Below are positions 1 through 10,230 of a stretch of DNA of 64,000 bases, piece by piece (positions within the stretch are counted from its first letter, which is position 1; the number at the start of each line of letters is the position of its first letter). The position numbers and the translations under genes are program-made. The notes under the pieces were generated by a model. The model was not told where the DNA came from. It worked only from the letters and a program-made list of their open reading frames with translations, and searched no databases. This DNA comes from an uncultured Rhodobacterales bacterium. Lineage in GTDB: Bacteria > Pseudomonadota > Alphaproteobacteria > Rhodobacterales > Rhodobacteraceae. The stretch covers positions 3,662-67,661 of the forward strand of contig CAYGUB010000001.1 in NCBI GenBank assembly GCA_964352845.1, given 5' to 3'.

Positions 1-423
1 CGGACGCGTGTCGCAAAACGGGTAGACCAGAAACTCATCGATATCGACGGTCAGGGTCCAATGTCCGTGCCCGTATTTGCGCTGCAGCCAGTTCAGCCAA
101 TCCACGCCGAAGCGGGCTCTCTTGTAGCTATGTTCGGCCAGAAACAGGGTCACATCAGGCTGGGAGAGCAGTAACTCATGCGTCTCGTCATCCGAGCCGT
201 TATCGACGAAGAAAAAATGATCAATGCCCAGCTCCCGGTAGTATTTCAGGAAGTAGGGCAAACGGACATGCTCATTTCTGATCGTGCAAAAAAGCAGGAT
301 ATCGCGTGCGGAGATCTGGTTGCTGCGATTGGCCAGGGACCGCAACTGGCGACGTTTTCGCAAGGACCTGATCCGCCAGCGTTTGCGTTCAAGACGTAAC
401 CGATATCTCTCGAATAAACGCAT
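1..423 (-). CDS. Glycosyltransferase family 2-like protein (Glyco_tranf_2_4 type), partial, runs off the window start
   Basis: Not in the ORF track. Manual translation from ATG at 423 gives MRLFERYRLRL...CTIRNEHVRLPYFLKYYRELGIDHFFFVDNGSDD...HWTLTVDIDEFLVYPFCDTRP, with GT-A DNGS and DxDE motifs. Confidence 0.85.
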   Translation of the reverse strand, partial: MRLFERYRLRLERKRWRIRSLRKRRQLRSLANRSNQISARDILLFCTIRNEHVRLPYFLKYYRELGIDHFFFVDNGSDDETHELLLSQPDVTLFLAEHSYKRARFGVDWLNWLQRKYGHGHWTLTVDIDEFLVYPFCDTRP

Positions 424-432
424 CCTACGATA

Positions 433-1641
433 TCACGGCCCTTGGTTGAAATGGGTATGCTTCGACAAAAGGTCTTCCAGAGTTTCGAAATGATCTGCCC
501 AGCTTGGCGGCTCTAACCTGGGGCGGTTTGTATTGATTGGCGCAGCTGCAAGGTCCAACACTGCCTTCTTCCAAGCGTATATATCGTTAAGGGGGGCGTA
601 AACAGGATAGTCGCCGAGCAATTCACGGTGGATGGCAAGATCGCCACAAACCACCGGAACGCCCATGGACGCAGCCTCAACCGATGGCATCCCGAACCCC
701 TCGGCCAGCGTTGGAAACACCAACCCGCGCGCACCGGCCAGCAAATAGTCCAGAGCCGTATCGTCCAGATCGTTATGCTCATGTAACCAAGGCTCCGCGC
801 CCAGTGCGTTGAGCCGCTCGAACAGGGTCTGATCGGCCCATCCGCGCCGGCCAATGATGTGCAGATCGGGCACCGGGTCTTCGGACTTTGCGAGGCTCTC
901 CCAGAGGTCGAGCAAGAAGCCATAATTCTTGCGCGGCTCTATCGTTCCGACCGTGACGAAATGCGGCTTTCGAGCAGGCCGTGCCACCTGCGATGGCACG
1001 CGTGTTCCCAGATGAATACGGTGTATGGAGCCCGTGAAAGAAAGTTCCGCCAGAACGTCTTCCCGCGTCGCATCTGAGTTTGTTATAATCACATTGGCAT
1101 ATCGCACGACTGCGTCGAGCTTTTCGTCAAAGCGGTTTGCGGGGCTTTGAAGCTCTGGGTGCAGTCTGGGGATGAGATCGTGGATCATGACCCAATTTTG
1201 AACACCGGCCACCTTCAGACTGCCAAGCGTTTCGGCTGTCAGACTGGTATGTCCTACATTTAGATAGGTGAACCCTGAAAGTTCAAGAGAATACGCCATT
1301 TTCGCAAGTTTAGACACTGATCCTGTGCAAGCGGCGAGCCGCCTTATATCAGCCTCGGCTCTGCCACGGGGCTTGGGGGTCTTTAGGCCAAAGGATGCAC
1401 GCAGGTCCCGGGACCCCCAGGGGATTTCCCCATTGAGGCGGTTGCAGGTTTCAATCGCGCCATCCCGGTCGAGAAACGCATATCCGCTCGCAAGTCGCAC
1501 CAACAGGAAAAGCGGTCGCGTTCTCCTGAGGCACCAGTTGAGATATGCGGATTCGACTCTGTCTATGCCCGTCGCAGGGCCATATCCGACCCGCGAGATC
1601 AGGCGGGTAATGTCGAGAAGAACCGGTCTGTCTCTAGCGAT
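433..1641 (-). CDS. Glycosyltransferase family 4 (GT-B fold)
   Basis: VGTIEPRKN and EGFGMPSVEA motifs. The frame stays open upstream of the track start (1503) through LLDITRLISRVG...TGIDRVESAY; start placed at ATC 1641 (uncertain, see findings). Confidence 0.85.
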   Translation of the reverse strand: MARDRPVLLDITRLISRVGYGPATGIDRVESAYLNWCLRRTRPLFLLVRLASGYAFLDRDGAIETCNRLNGEIPWGSRDLRASFGLKTPKPRGRAEADIRRLAACTGSVSKLAKMAYSLELSGFTYLNVGHTSLTAETLGSLKVAGVQNWVMIHDLIPRLHPELQSPANRFDEKLDAVVRYANVIITNSDATREDVLAELSFTGSIHRIHLGTRVPSQVARPARKPHFVTVGTIEPRKNYGFLLDLWESLAKSEDPVPDLHIIGRRGWADQTLFERLNALGAEPWLHEHNDLDDTALDYLLAGARGLVFPTLAEGFGMPSVEAASMGVPVVCGDLAIHRELLGDYPVYAPLNDIYAWKKAVLDLAAAPINTNRPRLEPPSWADHFETLEDLLSKHTHFNQGP

Positions 1642-2617
1642 TGTAGTCCTCCGTCTGGTGCCAGCGCCATGCGTCTTCGATCATCGATCTGAGAGTAGAA
1701 CGCCCGGGGTGCCACCCAAGAAGTTGTGCCGCACGATCACTGCCCGATACAAGTGCGGCGCAATCGCCCTCGCGGCGGTCCCCGATCACATGCGGCACAG
1801 GTTTGTTGGTGACGATCTGACATTGCTCGATCACATCCTTGACCGAAAAGCCTGTCCCGGTGCCAAGATTGAACACCTCGCTTTGGCCGCCCTCCACCAG
1901 CCAGTCGAGACCGGCGATATGGGCATCAATCAGATCGGAGACATGGACGTAGTCACGAATACAGGTGCCGTCGGGGGTATCGTAATCGGTGCCAAAAACC
2001 GTGATCGCGTCGCGCTTTCCAGAGATCGCGTCAAGAATCAGGGGCAAGAGATGGGTTTCGGGGTCATGACATTCTCCGACTTCGGCATAGGGATCCGCTC
2101 CAGCGACGTTGAAATAGCGGAAGATCACGTGGCGCAGACCGTAGCGGCGCTGAAAATCGACCAACATATGCTCCACGGCCAGTTTCGACGCGCCGTAGGC
2201 ATTGATCGGATGCTGCTCGCATTGCTCTGTCAGTACCACATTATCCTGATCGCCGTAAGTCGCGCAGGTTGAAGAGAACACAATCTTGTCACAACCAGCC
2301 TCGGCGGCCGCTTCAAGCAGGTTGAGACTGCCCAGAACGTTGTTGCGCCAATAGAGACCCGGCTCGCGTATCGCCTCGCCGACCTGGCTGAGGGCTGCGA
2401 AATGCATCACCGCGTCGGGCTGATATTTCTCGAAGATTGGGCCCAGAGCCGCCTTGTCGCACAGATCCACCTGCTCAAACGGGCCAAACTTGACTGCCTC
2501 GGCCCAACCGGTGGACAGGTTGTCCACGGCAATCGGGGTCAACCCGCGTTTCGCGATCGCCTTGCAGGCGTGCGAGCCGATATAGCCCGCGCCGCCTGTG
2601 ACAAGTATATTGGCCAT
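1634..2617 (-). CDS. galE: UDP-glucose 4-epimerase
   Basis: TGGAGYIGSH, YGASK, FRYFNVAGA, DGTCIRDYVHV motifs. Confidence 0.95.
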   Translation of the reverse strand: MANILVTGGAGYIGSHACKAIAKRGLTPIAVDNLSTGWAEAVKFGPFEQVDLCDKAALGPIFEKYQPDAVMHFAALSQVGEAIREPGLYWRNNVLGSLNLLEAAAEAGCDKIVFSSTCATYGDQDNVVLTEQCEQHPINAYGASKLAVEHMLVDFQRRYGLRHVIFRYFNVAGADPYAEVGECHDPETHLLPLILDAISGKRDAITVFGTDYDTPDGTCIRDYVHVSDLIDAHIAGLDWLVEGGQSEVFNLGTGTGFSVKDVIEQCQIVTNKPVPHVIGDRREGDCAALVSGSDRAAQLLGWHPGRSTLRSMIEDAWRWHQTEDYNR

Positions 2618-2633
2618 CTAGGCCGCTGCGCTT

Positions 2634-3527
2634 CTATTGGGCGGCATTTCGAATTGCGGACATTTCGTCCAGATATTCGCGGAACTCGTCTTTCAATTCT
2701 TCCCGTGCGAGCCCGAACGCCACCGTTGCTTGCAGATAACCGGCTTTGGAGCCGCAATCATATCTCTGGCCCCGGAAGCGGTAGCCATAGACGCCGCGCC
2801 CATCGCTGATTTCCTTGGCGATCGCGTCGGTCAGTTGGATTTCACCGCCTGCACCTTCCTTGATCTTATTGAGGTTCTTGAGAACCTGAGGCGTCAGGAT
2901 ATAGCGCCCGATGACCGCAAGGTTCGAAGGTGCATTCTCACGGGCAGGCTTTTCAACCATGCCGCTGACCCTGACCATGGAACCAAGATCCTCGCCCACA
3001 TCCAAAATCCCGTAGGATGATGTCTTCTCTGGCGGGACTTCCATTGCGGCGACCATACAGCCGCCCGTTTCTGCGTGCGCTTCTGCCATCTGTTGCAGAC
3101 AGGGCTTTTCGGCAGAGATCACATCGTCGGGCAGGATAACCGCAAAGGGTTCATCGCCGATCAGACGGCGCGCGCACCATACGGCATGGCCGAGGCCGAG
3201 CGCCTTGTGCTGACGAATATAGGCAATCGCACCACTATCCATGCTGGTCTTTTGCAGCGTCTCCAGAAGCTCCTCCTTGCCTTTCTGGCGGAGGGTGTTT
3301 TCCAGCTCTGGCGCGTGGTCGAAATAATCTTCCAAAGCGCTTTTGCCGCGCGAGGTAACGAAGATGAATTCCTTGATGCCGGCGGCGCGTGCCTCGTCGA
3401 TCGCATATTGGATCAACGGGCGATCAACCAGCGTCATAATCTCTTTTGGAATGGACTTGGTCGCAGGCAAAAACCGGGTGCCGAGCCCGGCGACTGGGAA
3501 CACTGCCTTGGTGACTTTGCGTTTCAT
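2634..3527 (-). CDS. galU: UTP--glucose-1-phosphate uridylyltransferase
   Basis: KAVFPVAGLGTRFLPATKSIPKE, VEKP, GEIQLTDAI motifs. Confidence 0.97.
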   Translation of the reverse strand: MKRKVTKAVFPVAGLGTRFLPATKSIPKEIMTLVDRPLIQYAIDEARAAGIKEFIFVTSRGKSALEDYFDHAPELENTLRQKGKEELLETLQKTSMDSGAIAYIRQHKALGLGHAVWCARRLIGDEPFAVILPDDVISAEKPCLQQMAEAHAETGGCMVAAMEVPPEKTSSYGILDVGEDLGSMVRVSGMVEKPARENAPSNLAVIGRYILTPQVLKNLNKIKEGAGGEIQLTDAIAKEISDGRGVYGYRFRGQRYDCGSKAGYLQATVAFGLAREELKDEFREYLDEMSAIRNAAQ

Positions 3528-3656
3528 CTTCTACCCTCTTAACACTTTCATACCCAAAGCCGAGCGCTGCTGTCATCCCGATCTTTAACTACAAATGAGT
3601 CTGTGATGAAATAACAATGCCCGTCAGGCTCGGCCATTACACTTATTTTTATGTTA

Positions 3657-4865
3657 CTATTGTGACCGATACTTCCGAATTTCGTCCAATTCGCGGCGCA
3701 TTCTGGATTGCGCTGTGTAAAACCTGAATATTCTGTCATCTCGATCTGATTTCCCGAAGATACCACCTGACTGTACCCAATAGCCCGACGTATGGAAGCT
3801 TCGTTGATGAAACAAGGCTGACAGGCTAAAAACAAACAGCGTAACGGGACGGTTTTCCGATGCGCAGTCTGCTGCCACTTCATGCCCGGTTCGACGGCGG
3901 ATCCATGAGCATTTCATGGATTTATGCGTAGTGATGCATTTTGATCCCTGAAATCGCTGAAAATCCGGGTATTCATCGGGAAACGAGAATCGCTGCTCTG
4001 TCCGCGAGGCCCCTTCCTGCATACCGTGCTCCAGTTGCTTCAGCAGGCGGTTGACCTCAAACGGCTCCAGATCGCCACGCATCATGCGGGCAATCAGCCT
4101 TTCGCGTTGCGCGCGCTTGAAGGCCGCCAGACAGGACGCGTCGAGCCCGTGTTTGTTGAGGAAATAGGCGTAGCTCGCGCCGATCTCCCGAAGGTTCGTG
4201 GGTGTACGATCACTGCGGCGCATGTCGCTTGCAGAATAATAATGATGGACCTGCGCATCAGGCACTACGACCGATACGCCGCCCGCGTTCCAGATACGCC
4301 GGCACAGATCGGTCTCATCCATATAAAACCGGTAGTTTTCGTCAAAACCGCCCAGCGCGCGCAGGGTAGAGGCGCGAAAAATCGCATTTGTTCCATGGGC
4401 CTTGAGCGGTTGGTCCCGCTGGGGATCACTGAGATAGATGCCCGACACATCGAACGGCACTGCCATGCCGTCTTCCCCGATATGTTCGGCCTTCCATTGA
4501 TAGCTGATCCCGTTGCGCCCGCGCACATAGCCCGTTGCGGCCACGACGGTCTCATTCTCAAAAGGGGCGATCAGGCGGGACAGCCAGGTAGGCTCTGCCA
4601 CCGCGTCGTCATCGATAAAGGCGATCAGCGCCCCGGACGCCTGCGCAATGCCGATATTGCGGGCGCGGGAGATGTTAGGCTCGTCAAATTCGACAATGCG
4701 GATCGTGCCCCGATCCCGGTCAAGCATCTCTGCGCTTTGAGGGTCACAGACAACGATGACTTCGAACTCATGGTAGAACTGAAGCCGAAGGGCCGCCAGG
4801 CAGCGTCTGAGATCGGTCGACCTGTGCCGACTGACAATCACGACGCTGACCTGTGGGTCGGTCAT
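3657..4865 (-). CDS. Glycosyltransferase family 2
   Basis: VSVVIVS, ARNIGI, AFIDDDA, GGFDENY..YMDETDLC motifs. Confidence 0.9.
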   Translation of the reverse strand: MTDPQVSVVIVSRHRSTDLRRCLAALRLQFYHEFEVIVVCDPQSAEMLDRDRGTIRIVEFDEPNISRARNIGIAQASGALIAFIDDDAVAEPTWLSRLIAPFENETVVAATGYVRGRNGISYQWKAEHIGEDGMAVPFDVSGIYLSDPQRDQPLKAHGTNAIFRASTLRALGGFDENYRFYMDETDLCRRIWNAGGVSVVVPDAQVHHYYSASDMRRSDRTPTNLREIGASYAYFLNKHGLDASCLAAFKRAQRERLIARMMRGDLEPFEVNRLLKQLEHGMQEGASRTEQRFSFPDEYPDFQRFQGSKCITTHKSMKCSWIRRRTGHEVAADCASENRPVTLFVFSLSALFHQRSFHTSGYWVQSGGIFGKSDRDDRIFRFYTAQSRMRRELDEIRKYRSQ

Positions 4866-5662
4866 TCCAGGCCCATCTTGCCCATCATTTGTTCCAACCG
4901 CGCCACATCCTCGGGGTTGTTGAGCTCCCAGAACTCGCGGCCCCGCGCATCGACCTCCACGCAGAGCACGGGCAGGTCATTTTCCAGAAAGCGAAGCTGT
5001 TCCAGACCCTCAAGACCCTCCGCAATACCCGGTTTCATGGCGCTATAGGCTCTTAATGCCTCGGGTTTATAGGCATAGACACCGACATGGTGAAAGACGG
5101 GAGTGGGTTCATCATCGGCATAGTGTCGGAGCGTGAATGGGATCACCTCTTTCGAGAAATAGAGCGCGTTGTGATTTGCACCGAAAACCGCTGTGGTGCC
5201 ACCGACGCGGCCTGCCTTCCGATCAGCCAGGAAGGAGTTCAAAGCGGCCCCGTCACAGCGCAGCACCGGCGTCGCCATGCCCGCGTGATCATCGGCGGCC
5301 AAAGCCGTTATCAGGTCCGACACGAACCAGGGCGGGGTCAAAGGTGCGTCGCCCTGCAGGTTGACGATTGTGTCGAAATCCCCGGACACAGCGTCGGCGG
5401 CCTCTGCACAACGCTCTGTTCCATTGCGGCAATCCGGCGAGGTCATGACGACTTCCGCGCCAAATGCCTCAGCCGCAGTTCTGATCTGATCGTTATCTGT
5501 TGCCACCACGACGCGGTCCACACCGTCCACCGCTTTTGCCGCATCCCAGGACCGCTGGATCAGCGATTTCGAAAGACCGGTCGCACCTTTCAGCTTGACC
5601 AGCGGCTTGCCGGGATATCGCTGAGAGGCGAACCGCGCGGGAATGATGATCAAGACGCTCAT
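4862..5662 (-). CDS. kdsB: 3-deoxy-manno-octulosonate cytidylyltransferase (KdsB/KpsU)
   Basis: IIPARFASQRYPGKPL, NGTERCAEA, VNLQGDAP, LEQLRFLE motifs. Confidence 0.93.
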   Translation of the reverse strand: MSVLIIIPARFASQRYPGKPLVKLKGATGLSKSLIQRSWDAAKAVDGVDRVVVATDNDQIRTAAEAFGAEVVMTSPDCRNGTERCAEAADAVSGDFDTIVNLQGDAPLTPPWFVSDLITALAADDHAGMATPVLRCDGAALNSFLADRKAGRVGGTTAVFGANHNALYFSKEVIPFTLRHYADDEPTPVFHHVGVYAYKPEALRAYSAMKPGIAEGLEGLEQLRFLENDLPVLCVEVDARGREFWELNNPEDVARLEQMMGKMGLE

Positions 5663-6477
5663 GTCGCGGGTTTGAGCGTCACGCCAGGCGAAGTCGCGAT
5701 AAAGAACGGGTTTTCATACTGCGGTTTGCCGTAGGTAAGCGGGGTATGGTCATCGAAGCGCACGACCTGACCGCCAGCGCCGTTGAGCACCGCATGCCCG
5801 GCGGCTGTATCCCATTCCATGGTCCGGCCAAGGCGGGGGTAGAGATCCGCCTCGCCCGTGGCGACCAGGCAAAACTTGAGCGAAGAGCCTGCTCCGGTCA
5901 TATCCTTGACGGCGTATTTGCTGATATAGGCATCCGTCGCCTCGTCCCGGTGAGACTTGGAGGCGACAACTACAAGGCTACCATTGTCCGGATCAGATAC
6001 GGCTATTGGCGTCATGCTGCCTGTCTGCGTGGCGGTGAAGGGGCCGGTCTCTTCAAAGCTCTGGCCTTTCGCATTGGTGTGGAACATCCGGTTTTTCGCG
6101 GGCGCGTAGACCACGCCGCGCGTTGGTACGCCATTCTCGACCAGTGCGATATTGACCGTGAAATCGCCGCGGCGCTTGATGAACTCCTTGGTGCCGTCCA
6201 GCGGGTCCACGATAATGAAGGTTGCAGCCTCTTGCGAATGGCTTTCGGATTGCTCTTCGGTGACGAGCGTTATCTTGGGGAAGGCCTCCTTTATGCCAGC
6301 GGAGATCAGGGCGTCGGCTGCCTCATCGGCTTCGGTAACCGGGCTTTCATCGGATTTGGATCGCACTTCAAAGTCGTCTGCGTTGTAGATCTCCATGATC
6401 CGGTCGCCTGCCTGAATAGCCAGGGTGCGGAAGACAGTTGCGAGTTTGTTATAGTCCAATGGAGCGCTCCTGATCAT
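5659..6477 (-). CDS. cysQ: 3'(2'),5'-bisphosphate nucleotidase CysQ
   Basis: SPVTEAD, VDPLDGTKEF, GSSLKFC, TMEWDTAAGHA motifs. Confidence 0.95.
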   Translation of the reverse strand: MIRSAPLDYNKLATVFRTLAIQAGDRIMEIYNADDFEVRSKSDESPVTEADEAADALISAGIKEAFPKITLVTEEQSESHSQEAATFIIVDPLDGTKEFIKRRGDFTVNIALVENGVPTRGVVYAPAKNRMFHTNAKGQSFEETGPFTATQTGSMTPIAVSDPDNGSLVVVASKSHRDEATDAYISKYAVKDMTGAGSSLKFCLVATGEADLYPRLGRTMEWDTAAGHAVLNGAGGQVVRFDDHTPLTYGKPQYENPFFIATSPGVTLKPAT

Positions 6478-6586
6478 CTATTGATTGGCTGATTTGGTGC
6501 TCTTATGCTGTGTCGATAACGGATCGGCAAGTTTTCTGGCGCTACTGATCTGATTGACCCTCCCGCTGGCATGACAGGTTTGATCC

Positions 6587-7408
6587 ATGTTCAAGGCTGC
6601 AGAACATAAATCACAGTTCCGGACGGCTTTCGGGCTGATAGAGCTGATCTATGTCAGCACGGTCCGTAATGTGCGCCGAACCCACCGCAATCCGATGATC
6701 GGACTGATCAGCAATATCCTGCAAACCCTGATCTTTGTGGCGGCCTTCTACATTATGTTTTCGGTTCTTGGACTGCGCGGCAGCGCGATCCGGGGTGATT
6801 TCGTCCTTTACCTGTTTTCCGGTATCTTTTTGTTCCTGACCCATATCAAGGCCGTCGGGGCCGTAATCGGCTCGGAAGGGCCGGCATCACCAATGATGAA
6901 ACACGCACCGATGAACACCGCGATCTCAATTGCCTCTGCGGCGTTATCGGCGCTTTATCTTCAGGTGCTATCCGCGGCGGTGATCTTGTTTGTGATCCAT
7001 GTCGCTTGGCATCCGATCCTGATTGACAAACCGCTTCCGGCTATCGGGATGTTTTTACTCGCCTGGGGGTCAGGCGTGGGCGTGGGCATGGTGTTTCTGG
7101 CCATCAAGCCATGGTTTCCCGGTTTCGCGACGCTGGGATCCACGGTCTATAACCGCGCCAATATGATCGCATCGGGCAAGATGTTCGTCGCCAACTCCAT
7201 GCCCGGTTATATCCTCGCCTTTTTCGACTGGAATCCGCTGTTTCACTGCATTGATCAGGCGCGCGGCTTCACGTTTATCAACTACAACCCGCATTTCAGC
7301 TCTATCCAATATCCGCTGATCCTGACGGCCGTCCTGATCATGGTGGGCCTGATGGGGGAATTCTACACCCGCAAACATGCCTCGCTCAGCTGGAGCGCGG
7401 GGCGCTAG
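6587..7408 (+). CDS. ABC-2 capsular polysaccharide export permease (KpsM-like)
   Basis: About six hydrophobic segments, WNPLFHCID motif, capsule gene context. Confidence 0.8.
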   Translation: MFKAAEHKSQFRTAFGLIELIYVSTVRNVRRTHRNPMIGLISNILQTLIFVAAFYIMFSVLGLRGSAIRGDFVLYLFSGIFLFLTHIKAVGAVIGSEGPASPMMKHAPMNTAISIASAALSALYLQVLSAAVILFVIHVAWHPILIDKPLPAIGMFLLAWGSGVGVGMVFLAIKPWFPGFATLGSTVYNRANMIASGKMFVANSMPGYILAFFDWNPLFHCIDQARGFTFINYNPHFSSIQYPLILTAVLIMVGLMGEFYTRKHASLSWSAGR

Positions 7409-8025
7409 GTTACCACGCGCATCGTCAGATTGAGCCGCCCGCCACCCTTGAGCAGGGTTGAGCTGCCGAATTCGATCCGGTCAATTCCATGGTGCAGAAG
7501 ACGCGCCTCCCCTCCCATGACCACCAGATCGCCGGATTTCAGCCAGATGCTTTGCGTTTTGCCGCCCCGGGTCAGGTTACCGATCCGGAACAGACCCCGA
7601 TCACCGAGCGATAGCGAGACGACGGGCCAGCTGAAATCAGCCTCGTCCTTGTCCTGATGCATTCCCATCTTGGCGTCTTCGCTGTAGTAATTGATCAAAC
7701 AGCAATCGGGCGCGCGGTCCAGACCGGTTACATCGTGCCATATCCCCAGCAACGAAGGCGGGATGGCGGGCCAGGGCTGGCCGTTTGGATGCGTATCGCG
7801 ATATCTGTAGCCATGCCGATCCGTATACCAGCCGAACCTGCCCGCCGAGCTCATCCGCACAGACATCTTGCGCCCCGAAGGTGTCACCGGCTGAAAGAAC
7901 GGCGCCTCAGAGACCACAAGTCGCAATTGGTCTAGCAGCTCTTTCTGCTGGTCCGGCACAAGATACCCGTCGAAAATTCGGGCGCCCCGAATATCCTGAA
8001 ACTGCTGCTTTTGATGCGGAATCAT
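7405..8025 (-). CDS. alkB: Alpha-ketoglutarate-dependent dioxygenase AlkB family
   Basis: CLINYY, MGMHQDKDE (HxD), HGI, RLNLTMR motifs. Start ATG 8025 or 8034. Confidence 0.88.
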   Translation of the reverse strand: MIPHQKQQFQDIRGARIFDGYLVPDQQKELLDQLRLVVSEAPFFQPVTPSGRKMSVRMSSAGRFGWYTDRHGYRYRDTHPNGQPWPAIPPSLLGIWHDVTGLDRAPDCCLINYYSEDAKMGMHQDKDEADFSWPVVSLSLGDRGLFRIGNLTRGGKTQSIWLKSGDLVVMGGEARLLHHGIDRIEFGSSTLLKGGGRLNLTMRVVT

Positions 8026-8086
8026 CGCGATCATCCCCCTGGGGGGGAAATTACGCGTTTTTCGCCCAGTTCTGTACCCCCCGCGC

Positions 8087-8115
8087 CTTGCAGCACCCAT
8101 ACCCTGCCCCTATAT
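8087..8115 (+). promoter_or_regulatory. RpoH (sigma32)-type promoter of dnaK
   Basis: CTTG-N18-CCTATAT, matching the alphaproteobacterial heat-shock consensus, ~110 nt upstream of dnaK. Confidence 0.7.
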
Positions 8116-8224
8116 ACCCAACGAAATCGGCTGGCGGTCATCGTCAGCCATCTAGGGATCGGAAAGCCGAGGCCGATATGGATCGGTTTTCCTAAACATC
8201 GCCGCTAAGAAAGGGCCTCGAAAA

Positions 8225-10153
8225 ATGGCTAAAGTTATTGGTATCGACCTTGGTACAACCAACTCATGCGTCGCGATCATGGACGGCTCGCAGCCGCGCG
8301 TTATTGAAAACGCAGAAGGCGCACGGACAACACCGTCTATCGTCGCATTTACGGATAATGAACGTCTTGTAGGGCAAGCCGCGAAACGGCAGGCCGTAAC
8401 CAACCCTTCCAACACCGTTTTTGCAGTCAAACGTCTCATCGGCCGCCGGTTTGACGACAAGGATATCGCGAAAGACAAGAAGAATATGCCGTTTGACGTC
8501 ATCGATGGCGGCAATGGCGACGCTTGGGTCGGCGCGGGTGGAGAGAAATACTCCCCGTCGCAGATCTCTGCCTTCATCCTGCAAAAGATGAAAGAAACCG
8601 CAGAAAGCTACCTGGGTGAGGAGGTGTCGCAAGCTGTGATCACCGTCCCGGCCTATTTCAACGATGCGCAACGTCAGGCAACGAAGGATGCAGGCAAAAT
8701 CGCCGGTCTTGAAGTTCTTCGCATCATCAACGAGCCGACCGCGGCTGCTCTGGCCTACGGGCTCGACAAGAAAGAAACGCAGACGATTGCGGTCTATGAC
8801 CTTGGCGGCGGTACGTTCGATATCACCATCCTGGAGATCGATGACGGCCTGTTTGAGGTCAAATCCACGAACGGTGACACGTTCCTGGGTGGTGAGGATT
8901 TCGATACGCGGATCGTCAACTATCTTGCCGACGAGTTCAAGAAAGAGAACGGCGTCGATCTGACCAAGGACAAGATGGCGCTGCAGCGGCTCAAGGAAGC
9001 CGCCGAGAAAGCGAAGATCGAGCTGTCCTCGAGCCAGCAGACCGAGATCAACCAGCCGTTTATCTCTATGGACCCGAATGGCGGACAGCCTCTGCACATG
9101 GTCATGAAACTGACCCGCGCCAAGCTGGAATCGCTGGTGAGTGACCTGATCAAGAACTCGATCAAGCCGTGTCAGGCTGCCTTGAAGGATGCGGGACTGT
9201 CGACTGGCGACATTGACGAGGTTGTTTTGGTCGGCGGTATGACCCGGATGCCCAAAGTGATCGAAGAGGTTACGAAATTCTTCGGAAAAGAGCCTAACAA
9301 AGGCGTAAACCCCGATGAGGTCGTAGCCATGGGTGCTGCGGTTCAGGCTGGCGTGCTGCAGGGCGATGTAAAGGATGTGGTCCTTCTCGATGTCACGCCG
9401 CTATCGCTCGGGATTGAAACGCTGGGCGGTGTCTTCACCCGGTTGATCGACCGCAATACGACCATCCCGACGAAGAAGTCTCAAATCTTCTCAACCGCCG
9501 AGGACAATCAGAACGCTGTGACCATCCGGGTCTTCCAGGGTGAGCGTGAGATGGCCAATGACAACAAGATTCTTGGCCAGTTCAACCTTGAGGAAATTCC
9601 ACCGGCTCCACGTGGTATGCCGCAGATCGAAGTGACGTTCGACATTGACGCGAACGGGATTGTGTCAGTCGGCGCAAAGGACAAGGGCACTGGCAAGGAA
9701 CAGGCAATTACGATCCAGGCCTCTGGCGGTCTCAGCGACGAGGATATCGAGCAAATGGTGCGCGATGCCGAAGACAATGCCGAGGCTGATAAGGAGCGTC
9801 GCGAACTTGTTGAGGCCCGCAACATGGCCGAAAGCAAGACTGACTACTTCGAAAAGCAGATCAAGGAGCATTCCGACAAGGTCGATCCGACCACTGTTGA
9901 AGCGATTGAGTTGGCCATTGCCGCTCTGAAAGATGATCTGGAGGATGATAACGCCTCTGCCGAAAAGATCCGGTCGGGCATTCAGAACATGGAAGAAGCC
10001 GCGATGAAGCTTGGCGAGGCAATCTACAAAGCCAGCCAGGACGCCGCTGCGAGTGAAGCACCGGAAGACGCGCCGGAGGATAGCCCGCGCGGTGTTGACG
10101 AGGATATCGTTGATGCTGACTTCGAGGATCTGGACGACGACAAGCGTGCATAA
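8225..10153 (+). CDS. dnaK: Molecular chaperone DnaK
   Basis: [25 protein letters not shown] motifs. Confidence 0.99.
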   Translation: MAKVIGIDLGTTNSCVAIMDGSQPRVIENAEGARTTPSIVAFTDNERLVGQAAKRQAVTNPSNTVFAVKRLIGRRFDDKDIAKDKKNMPFDVIDGGNGDAWVGAGGEKYSPSQISAFILQKMKETAESYLGEEVSQAVITVPAYFNDAQRQATKDAGKIAGLEVLRIINEPTAAALAYGLDKKETQTIAVYDLGGGTFDITILEIDDGLFEVKSTNGDTFLGGEDFDTRIVNYLADEFKKENGVDLTKDKMALQRLKEAAEKAKIELSSSQQTEINQPFISMDPNGGQPLHMVMKLTRAKLESLVSDLIKNSIKPCQAALKDAGLSTGDIDEVVLVGGMTRMPKVIEEVTKFFGKEPNKGVNPDEVVAMGAAVQAGVLQGDVKDVVLLDVTPLSLGIETLGGVFTRLIDRNTTIPTKKSQIFSTAEDNQNAVTIRVFQGEREMANDNKILGQFNLEEIPPAPRGMPQIEVTFDIDANGIVSVGAKDKGTGKEQAITIQASGGLSDEDIEQMVRDAEDNAEADKERRELVEARNMAESKTDYFEKQIKEHSDKVDPTTVEAIELAIAALKDDLEDDNASAEKIRSGIQNMEEAAMKLGEAIYKASQDAAASEAPEDAPEDSPRGVDEDIVDADFEDLDDDKRA

Positions 10154-10179
10154 GTGAAATACGCGATCCGAATGCAAAA

Positions 10180-10204
10180 GGCCGGCCGGGAAATTCGGCC
10201 GGCC
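10180..10204 (+). terminator. GC-rich hairpin between dnaK and dnaJ
   Basis: GGCCGGCCG...CGGCCGGCC stem; weak U-tract, so possibly an mRNA-stabilising hairpin. Confidence 0.55.
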
Positions 10205-10230
10205 CTTGTATTTCAGGAAAAGGCTGACTG

